Source of the DNA: a virus
Direction: 5' to 3' (one strand)
DNA: 64,000 nucleotides
IMG/VR virus record: IMGVR_UViG_3300032294_002823
Below the pieces are notes generated by a model. That model saw only the letters and a list, made by a program, of their open reading frames with translations. It had not been told where the DNA came from and made no database searches. The position numbers and the translations under genes were made by a program. Shown one piece after another: positions 1 through 9,609 of the stretch. Position 1 is the stretch's first letter, and every line of letters begins with the position of its first letter.

Positions 1-2
1 GT

Positions 3-497
3 CCACAAGTTCCAGAATACATAGGCGACTGCTTCATTAAAATTGCCAATCATTTAGCCTATAAAAATAATTTCATTAATTACAGTTTCCGTGAGGATAT
101 GATTTTAGATGCCATTGAAAATTGTCTCACATACATGGACAACTTCGATCCCGCGAAATCAAGCAATCCCTTTGCCTACTTCACACAAATTACCTATTAT
201 GCCTTTGTGCGAAGAATTCAAAAAGAGAAGAAGCATCTACAAACCAAATATAAGTATATTGCTTCGTTAGATGTGGATAACATCATTCGTCAAGCTCATG
301 ACGAAGGCACACATACAAATGAATTCATTCGGTACTTGCAAAAGCAAGCTGATGCCGCCAACCAAGAATTAAGTGCCGACAAAGAAACGAAAAAGATTAC
401 ACGTAAACCAAAATATCTACAGGCACTTGATGACGATGTGGTGATTATTGAATCTGAGTATATTGATGTTGAAGAAGTGGATGAATATGATGAGTGA
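3..497 (+). CDS. gp55: T4 gp55-like late-transcription sigma factor (5' truncated by window edge)
   Basis: Frame is open from position 3 (PQVPEYIGDCFIKIANHLAYKNNFINYSFREDM); motif NFDPAKSSNPFAYFTQITYYAFVRRIQKEKK; acidic C-tail; upstream of gp47/gp46. Confidence 0.93.
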   Translation, partial: PQVPEYIGDCFIKIANHLAYKNNFINYSFREDMILDAIENCLTYMDNFDPAKSSNPFAYFTQITYYAFVRRIQKEKKHLQTKYKYIASLDVDNIIRQAHDEGTHTNEFIRYLQKQADAANQELSADKETKKITRKPKYLQALDDDVVIIESEYIDVEEVDEYDE

Positions 498-500
498 AAC

Positions 501-529
501 TTGACAAATACCTAAATAGTCTGTAGATT
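501..529 (+). promoter_or_regulatory. sigma70-type promoter for the deazaguanine cluster
   Basis: TTGACA-17 nt-TAGATT. Confidence 0.7.
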
Positions 530-558
530 GTTATATAACTTTGTGATTGGAGTGTGAT

Positions 559-1464
559 ATGCGTATTCGTTACTCAGAAATCTTTTATTCATTTCAAGGT
601 GAAGCTGAATTGGCAGGAACGCCTGCCGTTTGGTTACGTTTCTTTGGTTGTAATTTAAATTGTAGTGGATTCGGACAAAAGAATCCCACAGACCCATCTA
701 CATATGAATTACCATTCGAAACATTCGATGTGGATTCTGTGAAGCATGTCAATGACCTTCCCGTGTGGAAGTTTGGGTGTGACTCATCCTATTCTTGGTC
801 ACAACGTTTCAAGCATCTAGCGCACGATGCTTCTCCCGAAGAAATTGCTGACCGTTTAGTTGAAGCTAACAAGAGCGAGCATAACCCACAAGGATTGTTC
901 ATTCATCCTGTAACACAACAACCCATCATGCTATGCTTCACGGGCGGTGAACCCATGATGCAACAAAAGGCGATGATGGAAATTCTTCGTGTATTGCGTG
1001 ACAGAAATAATGCACCACAACTTGTCACGGTGGAAACAAATGCCACACGCCCCTTGTCAGAAGAATTAAGAAAATTCATGTCATTTGAATTCCCATTCAT
1101 GGGAAATGGTAAGGCGCGTTGGCATTGGTCAATGAGTCCAAAATTGTTCACGGTATCAGGTGAAGATAATGTGGTGAGTGCAGAACACATTCATGAATAT
1201 TCACTTGCCAATGCCACATCCATTTTGAAATTTGTGTGTAACGGGACAAAAGAAAATTGGGATGAACTTGACAATCACCTAAATAGAATTAGATTACTAT
1301 GTGGGAGATACATGCCAGACGTATGGGTGATGCCTGTCGGCGCCACAAAGGATGCTCAAGAGGATCCGTATATTGGTGATTTGTGTATCGAAGCAATGAA
1401 TCGTGGTTATAAAGTTGCCACACGAAATCATTGTTATGTCTTTGGCAACGTCATTGGGAGATAA
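559..1464 (+). CDS. queE: 7-carboxy-7-deazaguanine synthase (radical SAM)
   Basis: SEIFYSFQGE, WLRFFGCNLNC...GCDS, FTGGEPMMQ, VETNAT, SMSPKL motifs; ATG 559 after GGAG. Confidence 0.92.
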   Translation: MRIRYSEIFYSFQGEAELAGTPAVWLRFFGCNLNCSGFGQKNPTDPSTYELPFETFDVDSVKHVNDLPVWKFGCDSSYSWSQRFKHLAHDASPEEIADRLVEANKSEHNPQGLFIHPVTQQPIMLCFTGGEPMMQQKAMMEILRVLRDRNNAPQLVTVETNATRPLSEELRKFMSFEFPFMGNGKARWHWSMSPKLFTVSGEDNVVSAEHIHEYSLANATSILKFVCNGTKENWDELDNHLNRIRLLCGRYMPDVWVMPVGATKDAQEDPYIGDLCIEAMNRGYKVATRNHCYVFGNVIGR

Positions 1465-1465
1465 T

Positions 1466-2167
1466 ATGAAGTCACAACATCGTTTTAACGCATCAGCTAT
1501 TCGTTCTGCCATGGGCAAGACTGATCCTGAATTGGGGTTACAGGTACATAAGCATCTTGTTGCTCAGGGTGTAGAGACACCTTTCATGCAGACGGAAGAA
1601 TATAGTGACAAGAAGATTAAGAAGATTGAAAAACATTTCACTGAAATCATGACAACTCTAGGTATGGATTTGACTGATGACAGTCTCCAAGATAGTCCTA
1701 AGCGTGTTGCCAAGATGTTTGTGAATGAACTATTTTGGGGATTAGATTATGCAGCATTCCCGAAGTGTACTGCCATTGAGAATAAGATGGGGTATGATGA
1801 GATGGTTCTTGAAAAGAACATCACGGTGACTTCGGCTTGTGAGCATCACTTTGTCACTATTTCAGGTGTGGCACATGTTGCCTACATCCCTAAAAATAAG
1901 GTGCTGGGGTTGAGTAAGTTGAATCGTGTTGTTGAATATTTCTCACGCCGTCCTCAGGTTCAAGAGCGCCTTGCAGAACAAATTTATCATGCTCTGTCAT
2001 TCATCCTTGACACGCCTGATGTAGCGGTTGTCATTGACGCCGAACATTTCTGTGTAAAGGCACGAGGTGTTGAGGATCCACATTCCAATACAATCACATC
2101 GAAGTTGGGTGGCGGATTCAAGGAGAATCCTGCCCTTCGTTCAGAATTCATGCATCTCATCAAGTAA
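1466..2167 (+). CDS. folE: GTP cyclohydrolase I
   Basis: SACEHHF, LGLSKLNR, RRPQVQERL, HFCVKARG motifs. Confidence 0.96.
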   Translation: MKSQHRFNASAIRSAMGKTDPELGLQVHKHLVAQGVETPFMQTEEYSDKKIKKIEKHFTEIMTTLGMDLTDDSLQDSPKRVAKMFVNELFWGLDYAAFPKCTAIENKMGYDEMVLEKNITVTSACEHHFVTISGVAHVAYIPKNKVLGLSKLNRVVEYFSRRPQVQERLAEQIYHALSFILDTPDVAVVIDAEHFCVKARGVEDPHSNTITSKLGGGFKENPALRSEFMHLIK

Positions 2168-2171
2168 TATC

Positions 2172-2687
2172 ATGTCAAGTGATATCAATGTAATGATTGA
2201 CTTGGAAACCATGAGTACCGAGTCAAACGCAGCAATCGCCTCTATTGGTGCGGTAAAATTTTCTATCGAAGCAGGTGTGATAGATACATTTTACTGCACG
2301 GTAGATGTGGCTGACTGTAAATTACAGGGATTACACATTTCTGCTGATACTGTGAAATGGTGGAGTAAGCAACCCAAGGAAGTATTAGAAATGCTTCGTG
2401 AAAATAATCTATCTCTGCGCGAAGCTCTTACAAAGTTTTCTCAATGGTATGGAACAGTACAATATCCTACATGGGGGTGTGGTTCTGATTTTGATAATGT
2501 CATTATGGAAAATGCCTATAAGGTAGTAAGTATGGTACGTCCTTGGAACGCCTGGAGAAACAGGTGCTATCGCACAATACGCGAAGTAATTAAATTACCA
2601 GAAGCTGAACGAACAGGCACATATCACAATGCACTTGATGATGCGTTACATCAGACACATCATCTACTTAAAATCTTTGGGAGCTAA
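2172..2687 (+). CDS. DEDDh 3'-5' exonuclease (phage exonuclease / RNase AS-like)
   Basis: MIDLETM, GSDFDNVI, YHNALDDA motifs. Confidence 0.85.
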   Translation: MSSDINVMIDLETMSTESNAAIASIGAVKFSIEAGVIDTFYCTVDVADCKLQGLHISADTVKWWSKQPKEVLEMLRENNLSLREALTKFSQWYGTVQYPTWGCGSDFDNVIMENAYKVVSMVRPWNAWRNRCYRTIREVIKLPEAERTGTYHNALDDALHQTHHLLKIFGS

Positions 2688-2689
2688 TA

Positions 2690-3949
2690 ATGTTTGAATA
2701 TGTTGCTTCTGGGTTATCCTTTCTGCGTTGCAACTTTAAGGATACACATACAGGATATCTATTGGGTGAATTGAATAAAATGTGGGGACATATTCGTGGT
2801 AAATATGACCACGAATTTTCATTCCTGTATAACGCCTATATTGAAAAGCATTTCGGTGAGGTGTTTTATGGTGCCTATCGTGGTAAAGGTATTAACCAGG
2901 TGTATGCCGACTCAGGCGGTCTACAAATTGTCACACAGGGATTGACCATCACGCCTACATTAAAACAGAAGGTGTACGAGAGTCAAGCCATGTACTCTGA
3001 TTGCGCCATGAGTTTTGATGAAATTCCTGTGAGCATTATTGGCACAAAGGCGGTACGTTCAGATATTAACAGTAAATATTTTGATAGAAATAAATTTGAA
3101 TGGTGTGCGCGTGAATCAGGCAGAAATGTGAAGAACCAAATTGACACATTCATCGCCATGAAATCTGATGCCAAGCCCATGTTCATTGTACAAGGCGGTG
3201 ACCTTGACACATACATCAAATGGTGTGAGTTGGCACTGGAAGAAATTCCTAAGGAATATCATGAACGCATTGGCGGTGTCGCCATGGGTTCAGGTGGTAT
3301 CGGTAACGGGATGTTTGAAGATTGTAAGCGAGCATTTTATTACACACAAACACCCTTGTTTGAAATGAACAATCATCTCCATTTGTTAGGTATTGGTGCA
3401 GTATCACGTATGGTACCTACATTGGCAATGATTGAAAGTGGCTTATACACAAACAAACATATTAGTTATGATAGTACAACCCATACATCGGGTGTACAAA
3501 TGGGAAGATACTATGGTCCTGATTTCTCTTGGATTACCCCCGGCAAACATTTCATCAATGAAAATGGTCCTCAGTATTCCATTATCAATGCCGACATCAA
3601 GAAAAATGTTCCGTTCTATGATGTAACAGATGAAGTATTCCATGAGGTCATGAACATCAGTGTTCGAAAGTATCAGGCAAAAACAAATGATCCTAATCCG
3701 CCTATTCTTGCATTTAACGCATACTTCACTTCATCAGTCATTAACTTTCTACGTCACTTAGATACCATGAGAAAGGATTTTTCACAGATTCATACATTGA
3801 TGAGTGACGATGAATACAATGCCATGATGGCGTTTAGTCGAGTTAAAAACAGAGTGGATTTTGAAAAGTGGGAAAATGAAATGGGACGATATCTCCCAAG
3901 TCAAGCTGTTCGTGATGGCATACCTGCAACATTACCTGAGGACTTTTAA
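2690..3949 (+). CDS. dpdA: DNA 7-deazaguanine transglycosylase (TGT-fold, DpdA family)
   Basis: YADSGGLQ, SFDEIP, FIVQG, HLHLLGIG, SYDSTT motifs of the TGT/DpdA family; inside the queE/folE/queD cluster. Confidence 0.82.
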   Translation: MFEYVASGLSFLRCNFKDTHTGYLLGELNKMWGHIRGKYDHEFSFLYNAYIEKHFGEVFYGAYRGKGINQVYADSGGLQIVTQGLTITPTLKQKVYESQAMYSDCAMSFDEIPVSIIGTKAVRSDINSKYFDRNKFEWCARESGRNVKNQIDTFIAMKSDAKPMFIVQGGDLDTYIKWCELALEEIPKEYHERIGGVAMGSGGIGNGMFEDCKRAFYYTQTPLFEMNNHLHLLGIGAVSRMVPTLAMIESGLYTNKHISYDSTTHTSGVQMGRYYGPDFSWITPGKHFINENGPQYSIINADIKKNVPFYDVTDEVFHEVMNISVRKYQAKTNDPNPPILAFNAYFTSSVINFLRHLDTMRKDFSQIHTLMSDDEYNAMMAFSRVKNRVDFEKWENEMGRYLPSQAVRDGIPATLPEDF

Positions 3950-3951
3950 TC

Positions 3952-4323
3952 ATGATAAAGCGTTACATTGAAGTGACATTTCAGAAAGAAGGTATTCACA
4001 AATATCCCGCAGCATTGACTGACCCGAAATTGAAAGATGTAGAATTTTTAGGATATCCTCATAGACATATGTTTCATTTCCGTGTTCGTGTATCGGTGAC
4101 ACACAATGACCGAGATATTGAATTCATCTTATTCAAGCGTGAACTTGAACATCTATATCAAGGCACGTTGCATGTTGATTATAAGAGTTGTGAAATGTTG
4201 GCAGAAGATTTAATAGAGTACATTACTAATGTTTATCCGGGCAGAGAAGTTGAAGTAGGTGTGAGTGAAGATGGTGAGAACGGTGCAATCATTCAATATC
4301 AACCAATGGGGAGTTTGACATGA
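3952..4323 (+). CDS. dpdL: QueD-paralog T-fold protein, DpdL-like (putative CDG decarboxylase)
   Basis: LGYPHRHMF matches LxxxHRHxF; also DIEFI, SCEMLA, VSEDGENGA; lacks the QueD CxxxHG motif. Confidence 0.65.
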   Translation: MIKRYIEVTFQKEGIHKYPAALTDPKLKDVEFLGYPHRHMFHFRVRVSVTHNDRDIEFILFKRELEHLYQGTLHVDYKSCEMLAEDLIEYITNVYPGREVEVGVSEDGENGAIIQYQPMGSLT

Positions 4324-5483
4324 AGATTTTCTATATGGGATTGGAATCATATGAATCACGATATACATTGCAATTAACTAAGTGGGCAACTACCACTATG
4401 GATCGTCGTGGTGTTGAATATGTGATTGTTCCTGGCAAGACCATTGATAACAGTCAGGCAATTTCTGTGGGGCAGGTTCTTGATGCACATGGAAGAAGTT
4501 ATTTCGCCATGTCACAAATGATGAATCTTGTGCAGATGATGAAAGATGGAACAGTCACAGGTGAAGATGCCATCTTTTTTGAAGATATGTTTCAACCCGG
4601 CATTGAATCGCTTCCTTACATCATGAATCAAATCCCTGAACAGGATCGACCGAAGGTGTGGGTACGTTGTCTTGCACAAAGCATTGATCCTGATGACTTT
4701 GTTCATGTGTGGGGTATGGCACCTTGGATGAGTAAGTATGAACACATGGTGAATGATTTTGTTACGGGTGTTCTTGCGTCAAATGAAGAAATGGTGGCAC
4801 ACATGAAGATTGCCGGTTGGACAGCACCTCTCTACAACATTTCAGGCTTGACGTTTGACCGCGATGAGGTGAGAAGTCGAGTATCGCATATTCCAGAATT
4901 CTCATCTAGAAAGATGCGTGTTGTATTTGCTGCTCGGTTTGACCAAGAAAAGCAACCCAACTTCTTCATGGATATTGCTGAACAAGTTGCAGAAACATAT
5001 AACATTGAATTTGCCATAGTATCGGGCGGTCCATTACGGAGTAACAATCCGGTATATTTGGAACGTGCTCGTAAATTAGAAAAGAGTGGGCTTTTAAAGA
5101 TTTATGATAATCTTTCTAAGAATGAGTATTATGAGATTGTTGCCAATAGTCGTGTATTGTTTAATTGTGCATTACAAGATTGGGTAAGTAACACGGTGTC
5201 TGAGGCAGATGCACTTGAATGTAATGTGTTGTATCCTGCCTATCGGTCATTCCCAGAAACGTTTGCCAATGATGCTGAACGTTTATATGTACCTTGGTCA
5301 CAACAAGATGCCATTAACAAGTTGTTCAGGCACTTGAATGAACCTCATAGAAACATGGGGAAGATTTCAGCTTGGACATCACAGACAATGGATAGAATTC
5401 TAGATGTGATGTTGGGTCAAGGTGAAGCATGGCGCCGGGATGATAATCGTTATCGTGACTACACTTCTACAAACAAATACTGA
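4320..5483 (+). CDS. GT-B fold glycosyltransferase (GT4-like), putative DNA-modifying
   Basis: C-terminal Rossmann domain: VVFAARFDQEKQP, LSKNEYYEIV, ALQDWVSNTVSEA, YPAYRSFPE; overlaps stop of the DpdL-like gene. Confidence 0.8.
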   Translation: MKIFYMGLESYESRYTLQLTKWATTTMDRRGVEYVIVPGKTIDNSQAISVGQVLDAHGRSYFAMSQMMNLVQMMKDGTVTGEDAIFFEDMFQPGIESLPYIMNQIPEQDRPKVWVRCLAQSIDPDDFVHVWGMAPWMSKYEHMVNDFVTGVLASNEEMVAHMKIAGWTAPLYNISGLTFDRDEVRSRVSHIPEFSSRKMRVVFAARFDQEKQPNFFMDIAEQVAETYNIEFAIVSGGPLRSNNPVYLERARKLEKSGLLKIYDNLSKNEYYEIVANSRVLFNCALQDWVSNTVSEADALECNVLYPAYRSFPETFANDAERLYVPWSQQDAINKLFRHLNEPHRNMGKISAWTSQTMDRILDVMLGQGEAWRRDDNRYRDYTSTNKY

Positions 5484-5493
5484 GGAGATGACA

Positions 5494-5937
5494 ATGAAAT
5501 TCTATTCAACGAAAACATTTGGTAATGAGCGTGGTTTGAGCTGTGCATTTCGTCAATGGCGAGCAAAATCACATTGCAATCAAATTCATGGTTATAGTTT
5601 AGGATTTCGTTTCATCTTTGAGGCAGATGTCCTAGATGAAAGAAACTGGGTATATGACTTTGGTGATACCAAGTGGATTAAGGAATATTTAGATGTTGCC
5701 TTTGACCACACAACGGCAGTTGCCAAGGATGATCCTTTGCTTCCCTTGTTCAAACAAATGGATAAGGAAGGCGGATGCACATTGCGTATTTTTGATAGTG
5801 TTGGTTGTGAAGCCTTTGCTCATATGGTATATGTTGACATTGCCCCCGGTGTTGTACACAAGACGAATGGGCGAGTTCGCCTTAAGAGTGTGGAAGTATT
5901 TGAACATGGGAGCAACTCTGCCCTGTACGAGGGATAA
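5494..5937 (+). CDS. queD: 6-carboxy-5,6,7,8-tetrahydropterin synthase
   Basis: SHCNQIHGY, WVYDFG, FDHT, GCEAFA, VFEHGSNSA motifs. Confidence 0.92.
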   Translation: MKFYSTKTFGNERGLSCAFRQWRAKSHCNQIHGYSLGFRFIFEADVLDERNWVYDFGDTKWIKEYLDVAFDHTTAVAKDDPLLPLFKQMDKEGGCTLRIFDSVGCEAFAHMVYVDIAPGVVHKTNGRVRLKSVEVFEHGSNSALYEG

Positions 5938-6981
5938 ATGAAAGTTGCCATAATCACAGATACACATTTTGGTGCGCGAAATGATTCACAACATTTTGAC
6001 GCCTATTTCCGAAAATTTTATGATGAAGTATTTTTCCCATATCTAGATGAAACGGGAATCAAAACTCTTTTGCATTTAGGGGATGTATTCGATAGAAGAA
6101 AGTACATCAACTTCAATACACTACGTTCATGTAAGGAATATTTTTTCGAGCAACTAAAGATACGTGGTATTGACATGAAGGTGATTCCTGGCAATCATGA
6201 TACATATTATAAGAATACAAATGAAGTGAATAGTTTAGATTTATTGTTACGGGAATATCATAACATTGAAATCATTGAAGACCCAACCATCACACAATTA
6301 GATGGTCGCACAGTATCTTTTATTCCTTGGATGTGTGCAGAGAACTATGATGCCTGTATGAAAGTCATTCAACAACCTGCTGAGTTATGTTTTGGGCATT
6401 TTGAAATTGCCGGATTTGATATGTTTCGTGGGGCAAAGAATGATGGAGGTATGGATAGACAGGTTCTGAAAAACTATTCAATGGTACTCACAGGACATTT
6501 CCATCATCGTAGCACTGATGACAATGTATATTACTTAGGAAGTCCCTATGGGTTCACATGGAGTGACTATGATGATAAACGAGGATTCCATGTATTGGAT
6601 TTAGATACATTGGACCTACAATTAATAGAAAATCCATTTGAAATTTTTCATAAGATTTATTATGATGACCGCGAGAAAACCATTGATGCATCCAAGTATG
6701 CAAAGGCATGTGTGAAATTGATTGTTGTCCATAAAAATGATTATCAAAAATTTGACAAACTGCTTGATGCGTTGTATATTAATGAAGTGATTGAATTAAC
6801 TATCCACGAAGATTTTTCAGAATTTGAGTCTGAGGCATTGGATAGTGAGACGGTGAATATTGAAGATACAATGACACTTCTTTCTGAATATATTGATTCC
6901 GTTGAATCAGCCAAAGACAAGAATAAATTGAAAACGTTGCTGAAAACCTTATACGTTGAGGCACAGAATCTTGAACTATGA
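5938..6981 (+). CDS. gp47: Recombination endonuclease subunit (Mre11/SbcD-like)
   Basis: ITDTHFG, HLGDVFDRR, PGNHD, GHFE, GHFHH phosphoesterase motifs; upstream of gp46. Confidence 0.95.
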   Translation: MKVAIITDTHFGARNDSQHFDAYFRKFYDEVFFPYLDETGIKTLLHLGDVFDRRKYINFNTLRSCKEYFFEQLKIRGIDMKVIPGNHDTYYKNTNEVNSLDLLLREYHNIEIIEDPTITQLDGRTVSFIPWMCAENYDACMKVIQQPAELCFGHFEIAGFDMFRGAKNDGGMDRQVLKNYSMVLTGHFHHRSTDDNVYYLGSPYGFTWSDYDDKRGFHVLDLDTLDLQLIENPFEIFHKIYYDDREKTIDASKYAKACVKLIVVHKNDYQKFDKLLDALYINEVIELTIHEDFSEFESEALDSETVNIEDTMTLLSEYIDSVESAKDKNKLKTLLKTLYVEAQNLEL

Positions 6982-8690
6982 TACATTTTAAAACCGTTCG
7001 ATGGAAAAACTTTCTCTCAACAGGGAATGCATTTACTGAAATAGAACTTAATAGACGCCCCACAACTCTTGTTGTGGGTGAGAATGGTAGTGGCAAAAGT
7101 ACGATGCTTGATGCCATTTGTTTTGCTTTGTTTGGTAAACCTTATCGTAACATTAATAAGCCACAACTTGTCAACACCATTAATGGCAAGCATTGTTTGG
7201 TTGAGATTGAATTTTCTATTGGCGGGAAAAACTATAAAATCAATCGAGGTATCAAGCCTGGTATTTTTGAAATCTGGGTGAATGGTACACTTCTCAATCA
7301 AGATGCTGCATCACGGGACTATCAGAAATATCTTGAAGATAACATTTTGAAATTGAATTTTAAATCATTCACACAAATTGTTATTCTGGGTTCAGCATCA
7401 TTTACTCCCTTCATGCAATTGCCCGCGGCATCTCGGCGTGAGGTGATTGAAGATATTTTGGATATCAAGATATTCACATCCATGAATATTGTGTTGAAGG
7501 ATAAAATCACAGAGTTGAAGAATAAATTACATGATGTCGAAGGAAAAATTTCTGTGGCGAAGTCAAAGGCTGAAATTCAACAAGAGTATATCAAAACGTT
7601 GGAACAAGACCGTGATGCACGAATAGAAGAATTGAACGCTAAGATTCAGGAGGCACTACATGAAATTTCTGAAAAACGTATTTTATGCGATGGTATTGAT
7701 GCTCGAAGAAATGATTATCTTAATAGCATTGGGGACCTATCTAGTATCACAGAAAATCTCCGAGAAGCTGTTCAACAAATCAATGAATATGAAGTAGGTT
7801 CAACAAAACTGGAAAAAGAAATTTCATTCTATCATAACAATGATACATGTCCCAAGTGTAAGCAGGGTATCGGACATGATTTCAAGAATGAAGTAATTCA
7901 AGAACATCAAGGCGAACTCTCACAGATTCATGCACACATCAATGCCATTGAGAACACTAAGAAGGAGTTGGAAGTTCGCTTAAAAGAAATTGGTAACGTC
8001 AATAAAGAAATTTCAAAGCTCACTGATGAAGTGAACACCTTTAAGAATGAAATTAATTCAAGTGAACGATTCATTCAACGCCTAGAGTTGGAAAAGGCGG
8101 ATGTCTCACAGAAAGTTGGAAACATTGAAGTAGAAAAAATGAAGTTGAAAGATTTGGCAAAAGACACCATGGCGATTGTCAAAGACCGATTAGAACTCAA
8201 TGAACAATCTGATTATTATGACATCGCCTCAGTCTTATTGAAAGACTCAGGTATTAAAACAAAAATTATTCGTCAATATTTACCTGCGATAAATAAACTT
8301 GTGAATAAGTTCTTAACGTCTATGGACTTCTTCGTACAGTTTACTTTAGATGAGAAATTTGATGAAGTTATTAAATCGCGCTATCGGGATGATTTTAGTT
8401 ATGAAAGCTTTAGTGAAGGCGAGAAACAAAGAATTGACTTGGCGCTTCTTTTTACGTGGCGTACAATCGCCAAGCTCAAGAATTCTGCTAGTACTAATCT
8501 CCTTATCCTTGATGAAGTATTTGATAGCAGTTTAGATACAACTGCAACCGAATATGTCATGCAACTATTAAACACGTTGGGTGATGGGACAAACGTATGG
8601 GTCATCTCTCATAAAGGCGACCAATTGTTTGATAAGTTCACGCATGTCGTGAAATTTACAAAGAAACAAAACTTTTCTGTTATTGTATAA
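6978..8690 (+). CDS. gp46: Recombination ATPase subunit (Rad50/SbcC-like)
   Basis: Walker A GENGSGKS, CPKC zinc hook, FSEGEKQR signature, LILDEVFD, ISHK. Confidence 0.96.
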   Translation: MIHFKTVRWKNFLSTGNAFTEIELNRRPTTLVVGENGSGKSTMLDAICFALFGKPYRNINKPQLVNTINGKHCLVEIEFSIGGKNYKINRGIKPGIFEIWVNGTLLNQDAASRDYQKYLEDNILKLNFKSFTQIVILGSASFTPFMQLPAASRREVIEDILDIKIFTSMNIVLKDKITELKNKLHDVEGKISVAKSKAEIQQEYIKTLEQDRDARIEELNAKIQEALHEISEKRILCDGIDARRNDYLNSIGDLSSITENLREAVQQINEYEVGSTKLEKEISFYHNNDTCPKCKQGIGHDFKNEVIQEHQGELSQIHAHINAIENTKKELEVRLKEIGNVNKEISKLTDEVNTFKNEINSSERFIQRLELEKADVSQKVGNIEVEKMKLKDLAKDTMAIVKDRLELNEQSDYYDIASVLLKDSGIKTKIIRQYLPAINKLVNKFLTSMDFFVQFTLDEKFDEVIKSRYRDDFSYESFSEGEKQRIDLALLFTWRTIAKLKNSASTNLLILDEVFDSSLDTTATEYVMQLLNTLGDGTNVWVISHKGDQLFDKFTHVVKFTKKQNFSVIV

Positions 8691-8699
8691 CGAGGACCT

Positions 8700-9236
8700 A
8701 TGACTTTGAAACTTGAAGATTTGCAATTAATTCATTTTGCTGACCCACGTATGACCACAAAGCCCCCTGAGTTTGATTTCCAGAAGGATGGCGATATTGC
8801 AGAGGAGTTGGCAACGATACTCCATAAGCGAATGTTACAGTTGGGAGGATTAGGATTATCAGCCAATCAAGTGGGCTTACCTTATCGTGTGTTTGTGTTT
8901 GGCAATGCCGAACAGCGATATGCCTTATTCAATCCCATTGTGATTGGTGTAAGTAAGGAACAGACCACGATGGAAGAAGGATGCCTGTCATTCCCAGGAT
9001 TCATGTTGACATTACAGCGTCCATCTGAAGTTACCGTGGAATATCAAGATGTGTCTGGCACAACTCAACGCATGTCATTTAAGAATATTGCTGCGCGTGT
9101 GGTGTTACATGAATATGACCACATGGAAGGATTAAACTTCACACATCATGCATCAAACTTTAAGTTGCGTTGGGAACTAAATAAATTAAAGAAGAAGAAC
9201 AAGAAACTTCAACGCAGGATGAAACATGGCAAGTAA
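8700..9236 (+). CDS. def: Peptide deformylase
   Basis: GLGLSANQVG, EGCLS and HEYDH motifs. Confidence 0.95.
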   Translation: MTLKLEDLQLIHFADPRMTTKPPEFDFQKDGDIAEELATILHKRMLQLGGLGLSANQVGLPYRVFVFGNAEQRYALFNPIVIGVSKEQTTMEEGCLSFPGFMLTLQRPSEVTVEYQDVSGTTQRMSFKNIAARVVLHEYDHMEGLNFTHHASNFKLRWELNKLKKKNKKLQRRMKHGK

Positions 9237-9609
9237 TGATTTTGATTTTGGCTTTACATTCGCAGACGATGAATTTTCTTCATCCGCCACATCGTCAGGC
9301 ACACCTCAACCTGCCATTGTTGACCCAGAATTTAAAGATGAACTTTTTCTAAAGATTCAAAAATTAGAGCAACAAATTGAAGCTCTAACTGAAGGTGATA
9401 CAAATGATTTGATTGAACAGCATAAACAATTACTAACAAAAGAAATACGTGGCAAGTTACAAGAAGTTGAACAATTGATCCTCCCGCTTCTTTACAATCT
9501 GCAAAAGAATCCTGACAAGGAATATATTCATTGGCCGAATCGTAAAGACATTATTCAAAAACAAATTGAACGTATTCAACAGGTGACGAGACATTATGGA
9601 CAAGACTGA
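9226..9609 (+). CDS. Conserved phage hypothetical protein
   Basis: ORF coupled to neighbours; DFDFGF N-terminus and PLLYNLQKNPDKEYIHWPNR C-terminus. Confidence 0.7.
   Translation: MASNDFDFGFTFADDEFSSSATSSGTPQPAIVDPEFKDELFLKIQKLEQQIEALTEGDTNDLIEQHKQLLTKEIRGKLQEVEQLILPLLYNLQKNPDKEYIHWPNRKDIIQKQIERIQQVTRHYGQD

Noticed and set aside
2690-3949. tRNA-guanine transglycosylase for queuosine tRNA modification
   Set aside because: No C-terminal CxCxxC zinc site of bacterial Tgt and no queC/queF/queA; position among replication genes favours DNA-acting DpdA, though tRNA activity is not formally excluded
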